DNA from: Eubacteriales bacterium
GTDB taxonomy: Bacteria > Bacillota > Clostridia > Oscillospirales > CAG-272
Reading direction: 5' to 3'
Assembly: GCA_045596865.1 (NCBI GenBank)
Contig: JAZODF010000003.1
Span: forward strand, 15,525-79,524
Length of the DNA stretch: 64,000 nucleotides
Position numbers and translations under genes: made by a program. Below the pieces are notes generated by a model that saw only the letters and a list, made by a program, of their open reading frames with translations, made no database searches and was not told where the DNA came from. Positions 62,293 through 64,000 of the stretch are shown piece after piece (within the stretch, counting starts at the first letter, position 1; each line of letters opens with the position of its first letter).

Positions 62293-63108
62293 TTAGCGTT
62301 TCTCAATCTCGCCGAGGAAACGGACGGCGTAATCCACCCACTCGGCGGCGAGGGGCTGAAGCCAATTCGGGTTATCCGCGAGGGTGACCTCGGTACCGAG
62401 GGCGACGCCGTGCGTACCAAACGGGAAGAGGTGGAAATCGACGGGGAGCCCCTTGCGGACGTAGGTGCGAGCGAGGGCGAAGGAGCCGTCAACGGGCACC
62501 ATTTCGTCACCCGCGGTGTGCCAGATAAAGAGGGGCGCGGACTCGGCATCGACGTTAAATTCGAGGGAGACCGAGCTGAGCAGCTCGGCACCGATGTCGA
62601 GGGTAGCAACGCCGAGGAGGTTCTCAAAGCTGCTCCCGTGGGTGGAAACGAGCGCGGAGACAACGGGGTAGCAAAGAATGGCGGCGTCGGGTCGGTTATG
62701 GCCGCGGGGGATGTTCAAAGCGGCGAGGACGTCGGGATCGTGGTGCAAAACAGCAAGCGAGCCCGCGAGGTGACCGCCCGCAGAAAAGCCAAGTGCATAG
62801 ACGCGAGCGGGGTCAACCGAGAGGGCGGACGAGTTGTCGCGGATATAGACGATGGCGCGGGATGCATCGATGAGCTGTGAGGGGTAGTGGTCGGTCGGTC
62901 CGACACGGTAGTTGAGGACGAAGGAATTGTAGCCGCGCTCAAAAAACGCAAGTGCGATGGGCTCCCCCTCCCTTTCGTGGCAGACGCAGCAGTATCCGCC
63001 ACCGGGGATAACGAGCATTGCGGGGCGGGTTACGGCATCCGCGTGGGTGTAGCAATCGAGCCAAACGCGCTCGTCGGTGGGGTCAAGGTAGACTCTTCGT
63101 TTATTCAT
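62293..63108 (-). CDS. Alpha/beta hydrolase (esterase/lipase, Abhydrolase_3-like)
   Basis: LVIPGGGY oxyanion region, GFSAGGHLA nucleophile elbow, and HTAGDEMV. ATG 63108 follows GGGAGAAG. Confidence 0.75.
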   Translation of the reverse strand: MNKRRVYLDPTDERVWLDCYTHADAVTRPAMLVIPGGGYCCVCHEREGEPIALAFFERGYNSFVLNYRVGPTDHYPSQLIDASRAIVYIRDNSSALSVDPARVYALGFSAGGHLAGSLAVLHHDPDVLAALNIPRGHNRPDAAILCYPVVSALVSTHGSSFENLLGVATLDIGAELLSSVSLEFNVDAESAPLFIWHTAGDEMVPVDGSFALARTYVRKGLPVDFHLFPFGTHGVALGTEVTLADNPNWLQPLAAEWVDYAVRFLGEIEKR

Positions 63109-63313
63109 TTTCTTCTCCCGTTTTTCTTTTATTATACATCCGCGAAAGAAAAAAAGCAAGGGGTGGTAGGTAAAAATAGGGGATGGTTCGTTTTTATTTT
63201 GTCCCGCATTTTCCTTGACAATCGGCGGGGGATATGATATCATTGATTCGAGGGGTGTTATGCCCCGAGTTATGACAACTATTATTTACATTTCCCCACA
63301 AATGGAGGCAGGA

Positions 63314-64000
63314 ATGAAGAATCCGATTTTTAGTGCGAATTTCATCCACGCAAGCGATAAGTGGGCACCCGTGTCACCTTATTTCAAGAAAACGGTGGAA
63401 ATCAAGGGCGAGGTCAAGCGTGCACGGCTGCACGTTTCAGCCCTCGGCGTATTTGAGGCGTTTATAAACGGCGTGCGGGTCGGATGCGATTATATGACCC
63501 CGGGTTGGACGGACTACAAATACAGACTGCAATATTTTAGCTACGACGTGGGTCGCATGCTCGACCCTGTGTCTGAAATTCGGGTTGGAGTGGGCAACGG
63601 CTGGTACTCATCGCGCGGCGGATTTCCCCACACGAAGGACGGAATGTACGGCACGCACCCTGCCCTGATTGCGGCGCTCGAGGTCGAGTATGCCGACGGG
63701 CGGCGGGAGGTCACCGTTACCGACGAGAGCTGGCTCGTTGCGAGGTCGGAATGCCTGTTTTCGGGGATTTACGACGGCGAGATATACGATGCGACGGTCG
63801 AGCCGATTTTCGAGGCACACGCCGAAATTTTCGATTACGATAAGTCGGTGCTCATACCCCTTGAGGGCGAGTGCGTGCGCGAGACAGAGCGCGTCGGTGT
63901 AAAGGAGATCATACACACGCCGAAGGGCGAGTGCGTGCTCGATTTCGGGCAGGAGATCACGGGCACCATTGAGTTCAAAATCACCGCCAAGGGCGGGGAA
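63314..64000 (+). CDS. Alpha-L-rhamnosidase (GH78), N-terminal part, 3'-truncated by window edge
   Basis: It is absent from the ORF track because there is no stop in the window. My translation is MKNPIFSANFIHASDKWAPVSPYFKKTVEIKGEVKRARLHVSALGVFEAFINGVRVG..TPGWTDYKYRLQYFSYDV...GNGWY, which is typical of the GH78 N-terminal domain. ATG 63314 follows GGAGG. Confidence 0.7.
   Translation, partial: MKNPIFSANFIHASDKWAPVSPYFKKTVEIKGEVKRARLHVSALGVFEAFINGVRVGCDYMTPGWTDYKYRLQYFSYDVGRMLDPVSEIRVGVGNGWYSSRGGFPHTKDGMYGTHPALIAALEVEYADGRREVTVTDESWLVARSECLFSGIYDGEIYDATVEPIFEAHAEIFDYDKSVLIPLEGECVRETERVGVKEIIHTPKGECVLDFGQEITGTIEFKITAKGGE

Overview
A gene-dense 64-kb chromosomal window from a high-GC Firmicutes genome. 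It is probably a spore-forming Clostridia of the Oscillospirales/Ruminococcaceae type. That placement is an inference from cotJABC, the yicC-remA-rpoZ-priA-def-fmt-rsmB-rlmN-rsgA block, NfnAB and QueT, and it was not verified by any search. I call about 58 CDS. I recognised no rRNA, tRNA, CRISPR array, transposase, integrase or phage structural gene.

Layout:
- 1-10.1 kb (+): two surface proteins and a 5-gene Opp/Dpp-type ABC importer with oversized components.
- 10.6-12.7 kb: a visibly AT-richer 4-gene cassette (three zinc-ribbon/TM proteins plus a divergent XRE regulator), bracketed by a 56-bp direct repeat.
- 13-27 kb: transporters and housekeeping genes (MFS, APC permease, queG-like, plsY, tsaEB, rpiB, queT with a preQ1-like leader, nfnAB).
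- 27.4-30 kb: three monocistronic accessory genes that share a copy-pasted terminator/promoter module.
- 30-34.6 kb: cotJABC, cysK, a duplicated LRR lipoprotein and a DUF4416 protein.
- 34.8-38.2 kb: an insulated single-gene unit encoding an 1126-aa NLR-like STAND NTPase with a DUF4062 (TIR-like) N-terminus. This is my best candidate for an undescribed defence/conflict system.
- 38.5-51.4 kb: rplJL and the large housekeeping block, all on the minus strand.
- 51.5-64 kb: hemolysin-III, a 2179-aa secreted heparinase II/III-like giant protein, a sugar-phosphate isomerase, aspS, an esterase and a 3'-truncated GH78 rhamnosidase.

The non-coding DNA is unusually structured:
- Two arrays of variable hairpins punctuated by a constant GTGAAGTT linker.
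- Several tandem repeats (66, 59, 45, 42 and 13 bp).
- A G-rich intergenic motif family (TTNACACGGGGTGGGGGTAATT) whose copies all lie on the + strand.

All calls rest on reading the sequence and ORF translations by eye. Start codons were refined by RBS inspection. No database search or computation was run.
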